A program made the translations under genes and the position numbers. Below are positions 62,301 through 64,000 of a stretch of DNA of 64,000 nt, piece by piece (within the stretch, counting starts at the first letter, position 1; every line of letters starts with the position of its first letter). Below the pieces are notes generated by a model. The model saw only the letters and a program-made list of their open reading frames with translations, was not told where the DNA came from and did not search any database. The DNA is from Vicugna vicugna (lineage: Eukaryota). The stretch is taken from the NCBI GenBank assembly GCA_013265495.1, contig MU058451.1, positions 2,785,305 to 2,849,304 on the forward strand. The letters run 5' to 3'.

Positions 62301-64000
62301 AATCAGGATAAAATGGTAGTATTTCCTAAACAGAAAATCAGGACAGACGGTCTGGCAAAGCATTCTTTTCTTATGAGTGGATGTATTTATATAGATTCTT
62401 ATTTAAAAATTACTTTTCCCCCCTGTTGGTTACGTTGAAAACAACAAAAGGACATAGAAGAGGACAATTCCCCCAAAGAGGTGTACTCTCATCATGGAGT
62501 CACTTTCTTTAGGTGGAATTGGGGCTCCCCTGGGACCTTGGGTTTCCACAGTTCATGAGAATTAGGCTTCTTCCTCACTAGCGCCCTGTTCCTTTAAGGT
62601 CTGAAGTTCTGTCCTGGTCTGGAAGGAGTAGAGATGCTTTCTCCTGTGGCTTTCCGAGAATCCGCCTTTATGTTACAGCATTTTATCACAAGCCAGTTCT
62701 GTAACAAGAAAGCATGTCTCTATCCTACTTCACCCTTTAATCCTTCTGTCCTTGAACTTGTTTTTTGACATGCAGGCTATTTCCAGATCTGCTTTCATCC
62801 CAGGTTTGCTGTGGCACATGTACACTGGGCAGCCCTTTGAGGCAGAATGGCTGGAAATGAGCAGTGATGAGCTCTATTTATATTCCGAACCTCTCCGGCC
62901 CCAGCCTCAGGACACAGAGCTAGAGCAAAATGGATCCTACCTGTGATCACTTTCAAGACACTATCTCATTCTTCTCTGTGGTCAAAGTCCCAGACTGAGG
63001 CCTGGGGGTGGTTTATTTCAACTGTGAGCTCTTGTGTTTCTGGAATGGAGGTGTGGCTGAAGCCGTCCCGCGGGGTAGAGAGTAGTATGCAAGGACCCAG
63101 AATTTTTTTTTTTCCCCAATAGAACTATCAGTATGGAAAGATACAGAACTTGGAAGTTGCTATTAATGTGGCATAACTAATTAGTGATTTAAAGAACTTT
63201 GAAAGCACAGGGAGTTCTATAACAAGATGATGTTTATAGTAAAAATGATCTTGGGCTGCGGAAATGTACTAGACATGCAGTTTATATAAGGAAAGAATGT
63301 CCTTCCCTCCCTGATACAGGCCTCTGCTGCTTTTAGAAAGTAGTTGGGCTTTCTTTGATGGGCAGGTGACCAGTTCATACACTATCCGTGATGCTGTAAT
63401 CAAGACCCAAAGTCTCTTCCTAACTGATTGCATCGAATCATAGTGTGCGCTCATCAGGGAGCTCACACCTCACAGACTAATGCGTTGACAGCTCAGTTGT
63501 TCCGGCTGAAAGTGAGTAGCTACGTCACGTGGTGACCTCTTCTTTTCCATAGTCACCACCGTCCGTTCATTTCAGACCAAGGTCTACTGACTTTGTCTCT
63601 GAGTTTAAAAGTGTCCCCATTTGGAAATTTTATTTCTATGCCATGATTACTATATCTTTATAAATTGAAAAATGTAAGTCATATGTAAATATATACGAAT
63701 ATATAAACTGTATACATACAATTTTTAAAAGTCTCTTCTGGGCTCACACATTCCTTCTGGGAAACTTACATCCTTTTATTCACGGGGTGGCAAACTCAGA
63801 TAAATGTCTCATATTGCCCTTTATTTATGGGAGCTGGAAAACTGCCCCGTGTGCCCTGCTGGTGGGGATCTCTGTCATGACACTGAGATCCTCCAACTCT
63901 TTTGAGAGGGTTGGGAGTCACAGGTGGAGTTCTGCCAAGTTCTTTCAGCCGCCTCCGACCTGAAATTTTAAGTGTTCTCTCTGAGCTACCACCTTGGAGC

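Noticed and set aside
1..64000. CRISPR array, operon or prokaryotic defence system
   Set aside because: The sequence is mammalian; there are no regularly spaced repeat-spacer units or gene-dense ORFs.

Overview
Mammalian nuclear DNA, very probably camelid (camel/alpaca/llama), judged from seven tRNA-derived Vic-1-like SINEs. Much of the window is interspersed repeat: young and old LINE-1, L2, MIR, MaLR/ERVL/ERV1 LTRs, a decayed ERVL pol, and Tigger/MER DNA transposons. I recognise no intact protein-coding gene, and there is no prokaryotic content or CRISPR array. The main non-repeat landmark is a CpG-retaining promoter at about 6.95-7.3 kb, built from a duplicated 48-bp CCAAT+octamer module and followed by a perfect + strand splice donor (7885). 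Candidate + strand exons and a strong antisense bias of retro-insertions suggest a long + strand transcription unit (lncRNA or large intron). The most notable structures are (i) a ~3.0 kb TSD-flanked L1 with 5'UTR, ORF1 and 3' end, whose ORF2 appears removed at splice-like boundaries (spliced/half-L1), and (ii) a tiny polyadenylated LTR 3' end retrotransposed with a perfect 12-bp TSD. Repeat family names come from my recall of consensus sequences, not from a search, and boundaries of old repeats are approximate.
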